A stretch of 64,000 nt of DNA, taken from an uncultured virus (IMG/VR IMGVR_UViG_3300037508_001402) (taxonomy: Duplodnaviria; Heunggongvirae; Uroviricota; Caudoviricetes). Each line of letters starts with the position of its first letter. Position 1 is the first letter of the stretch. The stretch lies in the IMG/VR virus record IMGVR_UViG_3300037508_001402. One strand, 5' to 3'. Under the pieces are notes generated by a model. It worked only from the letters and a program-made list of their open reading frames with translations, did not search any database and had not been told where the DNA came from. The translations under genes were made by a program, and so were the position numbers. This document shows positions 48,207-58,224 of the stretch, one piece after another.

Positions 48207-48862
48207 GGTTCCACCTCCTCATAAGATGCTTCCCAGGCTTCAGAGAAATCACGATCAGCAAACAGTTCAGCAAGGCCTGAGATTTGTTTGAGACGAAGAA
48301 CCTCGTCAGGCTCCATGCCCAGCTCTTTAGCAATCTTCTGATCGTTCCAATTGCGGCGGGCAAGGTCTTGCACGATCTCTGACATGGCGTCAACCTTATG
48401 TTTGCCCCTTGCGCGATTGTGGCGAATGGTAGAGGCCATGCGATCATTAAGGTCTTGCCGATCAGCTTTAACCAGGGTGATGGGCAGATAGCCACGGACA
48501 CGGGCGCAGACCGCTTTGTCTTCTTTGCCTACCCTGTTACGATGGAACCCGTCAATCACCTCATAATACCCGTTTGTTCCCCAGGCCACGATAGGCTGAG
48601 TATAACCGTCCTCAGAGATACTGTGAGCCAAGAGCTTCATCTCAGGCGGAGCCACGCTGTTGGGGTTGTAATCATTTGCCTCAACAGAGTCATTTTTAAC
48701 CCACAGCACACAGTCCACTGGTTCATCACGCATGGGGCTGGCTTCGTGCAGGGCCTGACGAATTTCGTTTAATACTGTGATGGCGGTCTCTGGATCAAGG
48801 GCTGCAATTTCAGCGGCCAATTCTTTGCCTTTCTCGATCAGGCTTGATTCAAACAGGTTCAT
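48194..48862 (-). CDS. ibrB: IbrB/YbdM-like ParB-domain protein
   Basis: EPVDCVLWV, ANDYNPNSVAPPEMKLL, DGYTQPIV, VIDGFHR and STIRHNRARGKH. Confidence 0.85.
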   Translation of the reverse strand: MNLFESSLIEKGKELAAEIAALDPETAITVLNEIRQALHEASPMRDEPVDCVLWVKNDSVEANDYNPNSVAPPEMKLLAHSISEDGYTQPIVAWGTNGYYEVIDGFHRNRVGKEDKAVCARVRGYLPITLVKADRQDLNDRMASTIRHNRARGKHKVDAMSEIVQDLARRNWNDQKIAKELGMEPDEVLRLKQISGLAELFADRDFSEAWEASYEEVEPCLE

Positions 48863-48915
48863 AGTTGTTTCTCCATTTTCGTGTATTTCTTTAAATTCGA
48901 GGGCTTCATTGGCAA

Positions 48916-50112
48916 TCAAATGTAACTCCATTTTGCTCTTCTCTTTTTCATGATTTTTTTGTACTGAAAATATGCCGTGGACTTGGTGGGGCTGAAAGAC
49001 AAGCTCTTTGCCCAGTAATCGTTTTTCAAAAGCATCTTGCAAATTCGCTTCCAACTTGGGGAGCTTTTGTCTGTCGGTCCATCGTCGGGGATCGCGCCAA
49101 ACTGAAACCCCCGCATGTGGTACCAATTCAGGAACACAGAGATCTTGTTTTCATAATGCTCTCTGGTTTGAGGCGGTAGGCTTTCAAGCAGTAGCTTTGC
49201 AAAGCTCTCCCAGGTGTGGCCTTCGGGCTTTGATATGGTGATCCGTCCCAAGATGTTGCCCGACTCGCTGGCATACAGCGCCCCCTGGTTTGCACCATTG
49301 ACACGCGCCACAATCTTGCTCCATGTCTCAGGCTCAATCACATGATAGAGCCACAATCCCCGGCGCTGATCGTCTCCGTAGGGCTGGCAGATGCGGGCTT
49401 GATGAATGGTGAGCCCGGCCCGGTGCATCCGGTCATACAGTTTGTTGTAGGACTTTTCAGGGAATTTGCCGTGATACGTCCAGATGTCCTCTGTGCGCCA
49501 ATCATAAATTGGGTATGCGTTATACACGCCCCCGCTTTTCCAGGTTGTCCATTTAAAGCCCTGGTAATTGCTGCCCCCTGCAATAGCTCTGAAGCGGTTC
49601 AGCGATTCATCAGAGCGAATCCCCACAAAACAGCAGGTCAACTGACCGTTGCCATACCAGTGGCCAAAATGCTCGATAAACTCTTCAAACTCCATGGCGT
49701 AGGTATAAAAGGGGAATTTTGCCTGATCAGTGATCGCGTATTTCGGAGGGGTACGAACCCAATCAGCCTCTCTGCCTGGCTCCCAACAGACCCATTGGGG
49801 CTCAAACTGACTGACGGCATTGCGCAGATGGATGGGCAGAGATACCCAAAAGGGCTCAATGTGCAGGCCATACTCTTTGAATGTCGCGTCAATATGCTCG
49901 ATAGTGAATTTATACTGTGCTTCGAGGTCGATAAACAAAAGCCCGATCTTGCGATTGCGCCTGATCGCCTCCTCCATGACAAGGTGCAGCATCACGGTTG
50001 AATCTTTCCCGCCTGAATAGCTCAGGTAGATTTTAGGGAAATCATCAAAGGCTTTTGCTATGCGCTGACGGGCAGCGGTTAAAACATCCATTCCAAGGCC
50101 AATTTTAGGCAT
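48916..50112 (-). CDS. ibrA: IbrA/YbdN-like PAPS-reductase-family (DUF3440) protein
   Basis: SYSGGKDS PP-loop, IDLEAQY, GIRSDESLNR, YPIYDW, RICQPYG and WKRICKMLLKNDYW. Confidence 0.9.
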   Translation of the reverse strand: MPKIGLGMDVLTAARQRIAKAFDDFPKIYLSYSGGKDSTVMLHLVMEEAIRRNRKIGLLFIDLEAQYKFTIEHIDATFKEYGLHIEPFWVSLPIHLRNAVSQFEPQWVCWEPGREADWVRTPPKYAITDQAKFPFYTYAMEFEEFIEHFGHWYGNGQLTCCFVGIRSDESLNRFRAIAGGSNYQGFKWTTWKSGGVYNAYPIYDWRTEDIWTYHGKFPEKSYNKLYDRMHRAGLTIHQARICQPYGDDQRRGLWLYHVIEPETWSKIVARVNGANQGALYASESGNILGRITISKPEGHTWESFAKLLLESLPPQTREHYENKISVFLNWYHMRGFQFGAIPDDGPTDKSSPSWKRICKMLLKNDYWAKSLSFSPTKSTAYFQYKKIMKKRRAKWSYI

Positions 50113-50476
50113 TTTCTTCCTCCAGTTTTGTTCTTTGTCCGAGGATAGAATCAACTTCCTCTTGGGTGATCTCGACGATCTGCGCTTCTCGCACTTGGCA
50201 GAAATAGCGTTTAAAATTGCGCCAACTGATTTGCTCTTGCACCTGGTAGACTTTGCCCTCGTCGAGCAGATACCAGCAGTAGACGCCCCGTGTTCCTCTT
50301 GAGTTTGAATGCGTGTAATCGCGTTTGCGCTCAATAAACTTGCGGCGATAACCGTCAGGGGTGTGCCCCAAGATTTCAGCGACCCATGGGTTTTTTTTGC
50401 GCATGGCGGCTTTTTCGCTTTCGCGCTTGTAAAGCTGATTGACATCAAAATATTCTAGGGATAGCGTGGTTTTCAT
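50105..50476 (-). CDS. Hypothetical protein upstream of ibrA
   Basis: PWVAEI.G and DY..SNSRGTRG; coupled to ibrA. Confidence 0.7.
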   Translation of the reverse strand: MKTTLSLEYFDVNQLYKRESEKAAMRKKNPWVAEILGHTPDGYRRKFIERKRDYTHSNSRGTRGVYCWYLLDEGKVYQVQEQISWRNFKRYFCQVREAQIVEITQEEVDSILGQRTKLEEENA

Positions 50477-52177
50477 TTACAGCTCCAGAAATATTTCAGC
50501 ATTGGATTGGTATTTCTCGCAGGCAGATTGAACCCGCTCCCAGAGTTCAACAGAGTCAGGAACACGCTTGCCCACTGCCCCGGCCCCACCTGTGCGCACA
50601 TTGTTGATTGCCCAAAAATCACCATCATGACCATTGTTGACCACAGCCCAGATATGGGATTCTGTGCGCACAAACCAGCGACCGCCACCATAAATGTTTT
50701 GGGGGTCAAAAGGAAAGTCAATGCGTGAACCCTCAAGCTCGACAGGATGATCGTAATCACCCACAGTTTCACCGTCTTTCATAATCTGTGAGTGGATGGC
50801 GGTCAATTCAGCGGAGGCCTGCTTGCGCTCTGTTTTGCGGGCATCCTCAGCCAAAAGCGGGGCTGATTCATCTTCGGTGGCCAATACATACTCATAACGG
50901 GTATACCATGGCATATCTTCATCAGGGCTGCCAAAGCTCAGGGGCTCTTGGGTATATTTCGGCTCCTCAACGCGAACCACTTTGATGATCTCTTTGGTGC
51001 CATTGAGACGATTTTTGCGCATGATTTGACCCTCTTGGATAGGCGCATATCTTGAAGCACTCCAGGCAGTATCACAAGAGACACCCTGAGCAGCCCGCTG
51101 GGTTCTGCGCTCTGCTTCTCTGTCTGCCATTTCTTTGATCTTGGCGGTCTGTTTGGCTTCTTTGTCTTCAAAGATTTTGCGGATCTTTGTCAGGGCTTGA
51201 CGAGATTCTTCGAGGTTTTCAAATGGCAGCAACCAAGCTTTTTTGGTTCCGTTGTACTCACGTCCTTTGACTGACCGGGCAATCTCAACAGCATCAGGCT
51301 CATACGGGAAAGCCACACTGATGTATTGACCTTCACGGCTCAAGGCATAGTGAACAGAGCGAAACTCTTCAAAGATCCCAGGCCAGGCTTGTTCTGAAAA
51401 TTCCAAGAGTTGTTGTTTGGTGGCGGCTTTCTCAGCAAAGAACCCGCGAATGTCTTCAATCGCTTTTTTAATTGCTTCGGCATTGTCACCAGTGACATCA
51501 ATAACCCAGCGGTTCATCATCTCAGGTTGAAACTTAAACCCGGCCAATTTAGCGATTTCTGAAGCAGATGAACTTTTGGGCATCACCAAGATCAACTGAG
51601 TTGTGTGAAAGGAATTAAACACAACCTCAACGCCCAAATGCTTACCGCAAATAGATTTAAGGCTCTCTGCTGCAATCATGGATTGCTGACGGGTATAAGC
51701 CTCATCAGCAAGTTTTTGGGCCTGCTCTTTGTTTGCTTTCTTATCACGAGCTGCCAAGGTCTTTTTGACTTTCAAGGCAACCTCTTCAGCCTCTTCAGCA
51801 TCAAGCACAGTCTGGAGTGCCCATACGTTTGCATAGGAGTTATAACGGGCTCCGGGGCGCGTGACATCAATTTTGCCCTCAGACTCGCCCAGGTGATCTG
51901 TAATCATTTTTGCGGTCCAGCCACGGGCCTCGATCTCTTTTTTCTTGATCCAGCCCTCAGCAGGGGGAGCAACAAGAAAATCCTCAATTTCAAAATCTTC
52001 AATTGACTCCCACTCAGCAGGGATGTCAATACGGAAGTGGGCCATGTCGCTGCCCAGAACGTAAAAATACTGCCCGTCCAAATTGGTGAGCAGCATTTTT
52101 TTATTGGGGTTCTTTGTGCGAAAGAATTTGACAGCGGCCCCGGTCTGGATGCTATCTTTGAGTTGAGTTAAATTCAT
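50477..52177 (-). CDS. Large hypothetical protein with HARP-like segments
   Basis: VAFPYEPDAVEIARSVKGREYNGTKKAWLLP; GGAG RBS. Confidence 0.6.
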   Translation of the reverse strand: MNLTQLKDSIQTGAAVKFFRTKNPNKKMLLTNLDGQYFYVLGSDMAHFRIDIPAEWESIEDFEIEDFLVAPPAEGWIKKKEIEARGWTAKMITDHLGESEGKIDVTRPGARYNSYANVWALQTVLDAEEAEEVALKVKKTLAARDKKANKEQAQKLADEAYTRQQSMIAAESLKSICGKHLGVEVVFNSFHTTQLILVMPKSSSASEIAKLAGFKFQPEMMNRWVIDVTGDNAEAIKKAIEDIRGFFAEKAATKQQLLEFSEQAWPGIFEEFRSVHYALSREGQYISVAFPYEPDAVEIARSVKGREYNGTKKAWLLPFENLEESRQALTKIRKIFEDKEAKQTAKIKEMADREAERRTQRAAQGVSCDTAWSASRYAPIQEGQIMRKNRLNGTKEIIKVVRVEEPKYTQEPLSFGSPDEDMPWYTRYEYVLATEDESAPLLAEDARKTERKQASAELTAIHSQIMKDGETVGDYDHPVELEGSRIDFPFDPQNIYGGGRWFVRTESHIWAVVNNGHDGDFWAINNVRTGGAGAVGKRVPDSVELWERVQSACEKYQSNAEIFLEL

Positions 52178-52206
52178 GGGGCATCTCCTTTTAGTGTGAT
52201 ACCCCT

Positions 52207-52247
52207 ATTTTATTATGTATTTTATAAAATTGCAATACGTTTATAAA
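52207..52247 (-). promoter_or_regulatory. Promoter with TTTATAAA boxes, copy 2
   Basis: TTGCAA-17-TAAAAT; 26 of 27 nt identical to 47838-47864. Confidence 0.7.
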
Positions 52248-52248
52248 A

Positions 52249-54231
52249 TTATTTCTGTCTTTGCGCCAAATCAACCAGATCACGGGTCTCGATTTCGAGA
52301 AGCCTGTTAGTGGCTGCGTGGACGGCTTCAGCAGGAAAAAAGTTTTTGCTTTGTTCAGTAATTGCTGTGTGCAATTTTTGGCCAAATTTATTGGGCATGG
52401 TCAACTGTCGAATCACAACCACTTTTCCAGTGTTGGCATCGAGAAGATACACGGTCAAAACTGGCATTTGGGTCTCTGTTAAAACAGGAGGGATTGCCCG
52501 TCTATCCTCTGGCATGGCCCAATAGCTAAAAAAAGCATCACACCAGGGCTGTGAGCCAAACTTAAACAGCAAAACCAGCGTCTCAGGCTGCACATAAACC
52601 TGGAATTTAACAGGCCCTTTGCGGATGTCTTCAATCTCTTGGGCTGTCGGTGAGCCATACATCATAATCAGCTCATGGCCTACATCATAATAGTTGTACT
52701 CATTGCGCTCAGGTAGTTCTGTCCTGTTTGGGAAAAAGAGATCGCCGATACCGATTGCGTGCATAATTATTCTCCAGACGTTTTGATAGATTTTATCATG
52801 CACACCTGACAAATCCTGTCATGTTTGGCCCGCGCTTCCTCTGCCCACTTCTGAATCATCGACACCAGCGCCACAAACTCATCCCGGCATGGCCTCTCCC
52901 CCGTGGTCTGGACGATCATAAGCTGGGCAGCGCAGAGTTCTGAGATCTTGGTGAGGGGGTCTTTGGGTGGTCTGGGCATCTATCCCACCATCAGCTCATC
53001 ATTGTCAGTGCTACGGCCCTTGCGCTTCTTTTTGCCGTATGGCTTCTTGCTCTGCTTGGGCGGCTCATTGGCCCTCTGCCAGGATTCATCAGACCACTCC
53101 CAGCCACGGGCGGAAACCTCATCACGGGCAAACTCTTCAGCAAACATGCCGTATTTTTTCACAGCCCTGCGCATAGCGTTGAGCATCCTGATCTTGATCT
53201 TGGTTTCTTCAGGCATGACCTTTCGGGGTTTTTCGTCCACATAGACATTCACCAGATGATTGAGAGTTGGATGCAGGCGCATGAAGTCTCGAACCTTGGC
53301 GCGATCCTCCATGGGCAACTCATTGGCAAAGATGGTTTGGAACGGCCCCAACTCATACCGCTCTCTGGGCTGGACGTAGGGATTGCCTGTGCCCATGATG
53401 ATGAACTGATCGCGTGGACGGGCAAGCACATGCTCAGGTGCATCAGGCAGCTCCATCATCTTTTCGTACCAGGGAATAGACACAGGCCTGGGCATGAGGG
53501 CGGGGTTGACCGGGAACGTGGGCAGATCAAACAGCTCACAGATATTGTCTCTGAGATAGTCAGGCATGTCGATCCAGTTATCGCGGGAGTCCCAATAGTC
53601 GAAGCCCTTAGCTTTGATCAGGCGCTCAAAGTTGTATTGAGCAGGTGAGCCAGGGCCGCATGAGATGGCCACCAATTTGTTCATCTGCTCTTTGATTGTG
53701 AGCCCTGATAAATCAGCAGCCTTGACCGCATACTTGATCTTTGCTGTGGGCTCACAGGCGGGCTTGGGTCTGTCGAAGATGCTCAATTGTGACATTTCAG
53801 CTACACCTCTTGATTATTTACTTATAAAACTATACGATTGTATGTAATCGTATTTAGTTAGAGCGAGGGGTAACATGGGACTCCCCACACTTGGCGCACT
53901 TGGCGCTGCTGACAATATTGAGGGCGTCTGCCACGGGCAGGCTCACCCACTCATGGGTACAGGTTTGGGCCTGGGCGGCTTGGTGATAGGCGGCAAACTC
54001 AGCAGCCTTGATCTCCTTGCCTGCGTTTATTTCTGCAATGGCAGCAGAGATGAACTGGGCGATCTTGCGCTCTGCTTCGGCGATGCTTTTGGCCTCAAGG
54101 TTGAACGTCATGCCTTGGTGCTGGGCTTTGATCTCGATGCCAGACAGGCCCTTGATCGCATCAAAGTACATCAGGCCACGGCTTGCACTCCAACCTGTGG
54201 GGGTCTTTTTGAGTTTGAGCATCTTGGGCAC
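52249..54231 (-). other. Four hypothetical ORFs (52249-52764, 52767-52979, 52980-53795, 53854-54231)
   Basis: Co-oriented with RBSs; the last has C/H metal-binding motifs. Confidence 0.6.
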
Positions 54232-54350
54232 CTCTGTTTGTTTCTTATGTTATCCATACTAACATAACAGACAGGGGTAAATCAAGATATTTTTATACTG
54301 TGATTGATTATTCGTTGACAATATTTGGTTAGTGAGGTTAACATAGTGGT

Positions 54351-54668
54351 ATGAGTCACAAAAATCTTGAACAAGAAGCTGTTATGCTGGTTTTGAATAA
54401 GTCAAACCTCCATGAATTTGGGTTTGATGAAAAAGGAAATCAGTTGAGATACATTCGGTTTTCCGCTGAAAACATCAAGCAGCTTAGAAAAGAACTCGCT
54501 CTGTCGCAGGATAAGCTCGCTTCAGCTATGGACGTGGCCAGAACCACGATCACCCATTACGAATCAGGCTACTTAGACAAGCCCTCTTTCGAGATTTTAT
54601 TGCAACTTGGCAAAGTGTTCTCAGAGCTTGCAGGGTACAAAATCGTATTCTACGCAGACTGGGAATAG
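54351..54668 (+). CDS. XRE repressor
   Basis: IKQLRKELALSQDKLASAMDVARTTITHYESG; ends FYADWE like 45361-45618. Confidence 0.85.
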   Translation: MSHKNLEQEAVMLVLNKSNLHEFGFDEKGNQLRYIRFSAENIKQLRKELALSQDKLASAMDVARTTITHYESGYLDKPSFEILLQLGKVFSELAGYKIVFYADWE

Positions 54669-54917
54669 CCTTTAGCAGCGTGACTCATGCGCTGTGAACC
54701 TTGACAAAAATCAGACCCCCAAAAGTGGGCACGGCCCCTGAAGCCTTGGAGCTTACCCACCTTTCAGCTCCTACGGTGGCGAGCAGCGTGGCTTGCGCTT
54801 ATGGTTATTGGTGCAAGCGTTGGCTGTAAGGCTGTTAGATTCAGCCTGTAACCGAATCACTGTGATCTCCTCTCGCAGTGTTGGCCGTGCTTTCCTTTGG
54901 GGGCCTGAGATGATTAT

Positions 54918-55061
54918 TGGCATGTAGCTCAGTGGTAGAGTCCCGTTCTGGACTTGGGAGGTCGCAGGTTCAAATCCTGCCCGGCTGTAATGGCCGCGTA
55001 GCGCAGTAGGGAGCGCGCCCAAAATAGGCGGAGGGTCGCAGGTTCGATTCCTGCCTTGCCG
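54918..55061 (+). ncRNA. Tandem tRNA-like pair lacking canonical anticodon arms
   Basis: D-arms TAGCTCAGTGGTAGAG and TAGCGCAGTAGGGAGCGC; T-arms GCAGGTTCAAATCCTGC and GCAGGTTCGATTCCTGC. Confidence 0.75.
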
Positions 55062-55269
55062 ACTATCCAAGAAAAATCCACAGAGGCAACCGTGCCCAAT
55101 TTGGGACACCTGCCATATTGATGAGCAGCCTGTGGACGGCAGCCTGCGAAATTAGCTTTTTATCGCAAACACTGAGCAAAGGACGCTTTGAGCGGTGGGG
55201 ATTGCTGGGAATACAAAAGCCGGAGTAAGGCACGAAAGCCTCACCGTAGATCTTCGGGTCTGCGGTTTT

Positions 55270-55342
55270 GCCCCCGAAGCTCTTGGGTAAGAGCGCTCCT
55301 GCAATACGGGAAAGGATGCAAGTTCGAGTCTTGCCGGGGGTT
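55270..55342 (+). tRNA. Pseudo-tRNA / tRNA mimic with a 5-nt anticodon loop and no CCA
   Basis: Acceptor GCCCCCG/CGGGGGT, D-stem GCTC/GAGC, TCCTG-CAATA-CGGGA, and T-arm GCAAG-TTCGAGT-CTTGC. Confidence 0.65.
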
Positions 55343-55427
55343 CTCCCAGAAATGGGAAACAATTAACAAATCGCCAATAGGCGTGAGGGTTAATTGCTCG
55401 GGTTCGTTTCGTTAAAGGAAAGATATA

Positions 55428-55457
55428 GGCCGGGGTCATGTGGCCCTGGCTTTTTTG
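55428..55457 (+). terminator. Intrinsic terminator
   Basis: GCCGGGGTCA/TGGCCCTGGC stem followed by T-tract. Confidence 0.8.
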
Positions 55458-55970
55458 CACCACAAAAGCAGCATAGCCCTTCTCTGTGCTGCTCTTGCGG
55501 GTCAAATAAACATCAAGGAGAGGAAAAGTCCCTTGGCAATTAGGAATGTGTTGTTCGGGCAGCCCGCGCCCGGTTTTTGCTCCCAATGACAGCATTGCCT
55601 TTCGAGCTTGTGCTGTCTTTAGGGGTAAAAAATACAGCAAAGGAAAAGGGAGAGATCATCGAGTGCATTGGCGGGCCTACCCCTGCCCGGTTTTTGTTCG
55701 CAACGGCTGCATGTTTGGCCCGTGCAGCCCTTACGGTCAAAAGCCGTAATAAATTGAAAAGGAGCAGTTTCTACGTTCTCGAAGTGGTTTAAATTTTTGC
55801 AACGGGTCAGGCTAAACCCTGGCCCATTTTTTCTCACAAAAAAAGCGGTAGTTCTCGCTACCGCATTTAAGATGCGCAGCACATAGTACAACACATCCCA
55901 AATAACCATCACCAATATACCACGCTGCGCCTCTCAATTATCACGCCAATCGGCAGAGAGGTCTTTTTAC

Positions 55971-57332
55971 ATGTTTCAACACGTCAAACAGTATCGGCAA
56001 AAGCACGGACTCACACAGGAGGCCATGGGCAATCTATTGGGGATGGATGCAAAGTTCATCTGGAATTTAGAGAAGCACAAGCCACGCATGAGCATCAATG
56101 GTGTTCGTGTGGTTTATTCCCCCCAAGAAGAGGTGATGCTGAAATCTGTTTTTGGAGATTCAGCAGACGCAGGCAAACACCCCAGCTATTTTGAAGGGCT
56201 TCCATCCATCACAGGACAAGATCTGTACAGCATCCGCAAACAGAAGCGCATGACGCAGGCTGAGGCGGGTGAGGTCATTGGTGTATCAGCCGCGCAATGG
56301 GGCGTACTCGAAGCAGGCAAAAGCAAAGAGGACACCCCCAACATCCGCCGCTGGTACACATTGCTTCTCGTTCACCACTTCCCCGAATACTTCCAGCCCA
56401 CAGAAATGACACTTGCTGACGAATCGCTCATGGTAGAGGCACAGGTTTTGACACCTGAACCCGAACCTGTTCAGGATGACTTTGCAGATCAGCCCGGCTT
56501 GATCCCTTTCGCGTATGGCTCTCAGAAAGTGCGTGTGAAGTGGATTGATGGGGAGCCATGGTTCATGCTTTTAGATGTCTGCAAAGCCGTTGGATACAAG
56601 TCTATCCAACACGCAGCTGAACTTATTCGGGAACGTGACATCCGCAAAGTGGAGTGCGCCGATTCACTTGGTCGGGTGACTGAAGCAAACTTTGTCTCAG
56701 AGCGTGGCATGTCTCAGTTCTTTTTAAGAGCTCGCGTGCCAGCTGTCGAGCAATTTCAGGATTGGGTATTTGATGAGGTACTGCCATCAGTTTATAAAAC
56801 AGGCGGCTACCAAGTTAATCAACCTCAGCAGATTCAGGCTTCCATCGATCCCCTTTCTCAGGTGCTGATGATTGGCCAGGCACTTCAGACAATTGCCCAA
56901 CAGATGCAGGCCCAAGCCAGCGAGATCAGTTCTCTCAAAGAGCAGGTTTCCAAAGTCAATTACCTGGAAGTATCCAAGACCGATCGCTCTGAAGTTCTCG
57001 AGATCGTGCAAAGCGAAGTGCTGGAATCAAAGCTCAAAGAGAAACAAGAGCAAAAGATCCACTATCGCAAGCGCAAAGAGCTTGAAAATCGTGTTTCTGA
57101 CCTTGGCTGGTCAATCGTGAAGGCTCACGGCGGCAACCATGGGGAAGTTATCAAAGGCATAAACAAGCGAATCAAAGCGGCTCTCAGGGGTGTGTATGGA
57201 TATGCCATTGCCAGGGAGCGGTACACCGATGAAGATTTTGCCCTGGCTTACCAGGTGATCGCAATGGTTGAAAAAGAGATCAAGGACTTTCCCAAACAGG
57301 GAGAAATAAATTTTGATGGAGACGCAGCATGA
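55971..57332 (+). CDS. Antirepressor: two XRE HTHs, BRO-N domain and coiled coil
   Basis: FAYGSQKVRV..DGEPWF..DVCKAVG and FQDWVFDEVLPSVYKTGGY. Confidence 0.85.
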   Translation: MFQHVKQYRQKHGLTQEAMGNLLGMDAKFIWNLEKHKPRMSINGVRVVYSPQEEVMLKSVFGDSADAGKHPSYFEGLPSITGQDLYSIRKQKRMTQAEAGEVIGVSAAQWGVLEAGKSKEDTPNIRRWYTLLLVHHFPEYFQPTEMTLADESLMVEAQVLTPEPEPVQDDFADQPGLIPFAYGSQKVRVKWIDGEPWFMLLDVCKAVGYKSIQHAAELIRERDIRKVECADSLGRVTEANFVSERGMSQFFLRARVPAVEQFQDWVFDEVLPSVYKTGGYQVNQPQQIQASIDPLSQVLMIGQALQTIAQQMQAQASEISSLKEQVSKVNYLEVSKTDRSEVLEIVQSEVLESKLKEKQEQKIHYRKRKELENRVSDLGWSIVKAHGGNHGEVIKGINKRIKAALRGVYGYAIARERYTDEDFALAYQVIAMVEKEIKDFPKQGEINFDGDAA

Positions 57333-57820
57333 CAGCAGTAAACCAAGTATTTTTGATTGGCCGTGTTGGCCAGGCCCCCGAAGTGAAATACACCAAAAGC
57401 GGCATGGCCTATGCCCAGGTCAATCTTGCAGTGAACAGAACCACCAAAGACGCAGCGGGCAACACGATCACAGACTGGATTCCTCTCCAGTTTTGGGACA
57501 AGCGGGCAGAGAACTTTGCCAAGTACGTCAGCAAGGGCGATCAGATCTCTGTCACCGGGCAGCTTCAGATCGAACTGTGGGAGCAGAACGGCGAAAAGCG
57601 CAGCAAAGCCAAGGTGATCGTGGACGGCTTTCACATGCTGGGCTCAAAGTCTGACAAGGCCCCTCAAGACCCTGAGAGCATCGAGCGCAATCAGGCAGTG
57701 AGACAGGCCACCGCTGCCATTGAGAAGAGCAAGAACCGCGATGCTGCGATAGATAGCGAGTTGTCAGGCGCGCATATTGACCCTGAGTTTGTGGATGATG
57801 AAGATCTACCCCCCTTTTAG
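57329..57820 (+). CDS. ssb: Single-stranded DNA-binding protein
   Basis: VNQVFLIGRVG, LAVNR, KGDQISVTG and acidic tail DDEDLPPF. Confidence 0.95.
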   Translation: MTAVNQVFLIGRVGQAPEVKYTKSGMAYAQVNLAVNRTTKDAAGNTITDWIPLQFWDKRAENFAKYVSKGDQISVTGQLQIELWEQNGEKRSKAKVIVDGFHMLGSKSDKAPQDPESIERNQAVRQATAAIEKSKNRDAAIDSELSGAHIDPEFVDDEDLPPF

Positions 57821-58224
57821 CGGTGCCGCTGCCTCTTTAGGTGCTGCGTACTTCACAGCGGTCTTGTGTGGAGTATGTGGCATCAGAGAGTGGGGCGCTT
57901 TGATTGTGACTGTGTTGGTGGGTGCCCTGACCTGTGCTGTGGTCAATTCTGTTGATAGCATTGCTCCCAGCGGTCAATTCACAGGGCTTCGCAAAAGAGC
58001 TTGGGGCCATGTGCCAATTGTCAAAGATGAAGTGCCCCCGCTGCCAAATATTGACCAAGACCCCCTGGCAATAAAGATCCAGCAAGCTGCTTATGATGCA
58101 GGGCTTACTTTTTTTCGTAAACCCCAAACAATGCCCAAATGGGCCAAACACTCACCAATTGTTGAGTACAGAATCGAAGATGTCTGCATCGTTGAATATC
58201 CCGCAAATATTGAAAGGAAAAGCA

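Larger units (their letters stand above)
54770..55457 (+). ncRNA. Large structured RNA containing tRNA-like domains (5' end approximate)
   Basis: No credible ORF; dense hairpins including a CTTCGG tetraloop, three T-loops and a terminator at the 3' end. Confidence 0.6.

Noticed and set aside
55117..55165. Hammerhead-like core TTGATGA-GCAG..CTGC-GAAA
   Set aside because: Stem II is present, but C3 is T and no convincing stems I and III could be paired. Left as part of the larger ncRNA.
54918..55342. Functional decoding tRNA genes
   Set aside because: No unit has a 5-bp stem with a canonical 7-nt U33 loop in register, and none encodes CCA.
54771..55915. Assorted ORFs in the ncRNA region
   Set aside because: They overlap tRNA-like stems and terminators and lack RBS or domains. 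55577-55792 remains unresolved.
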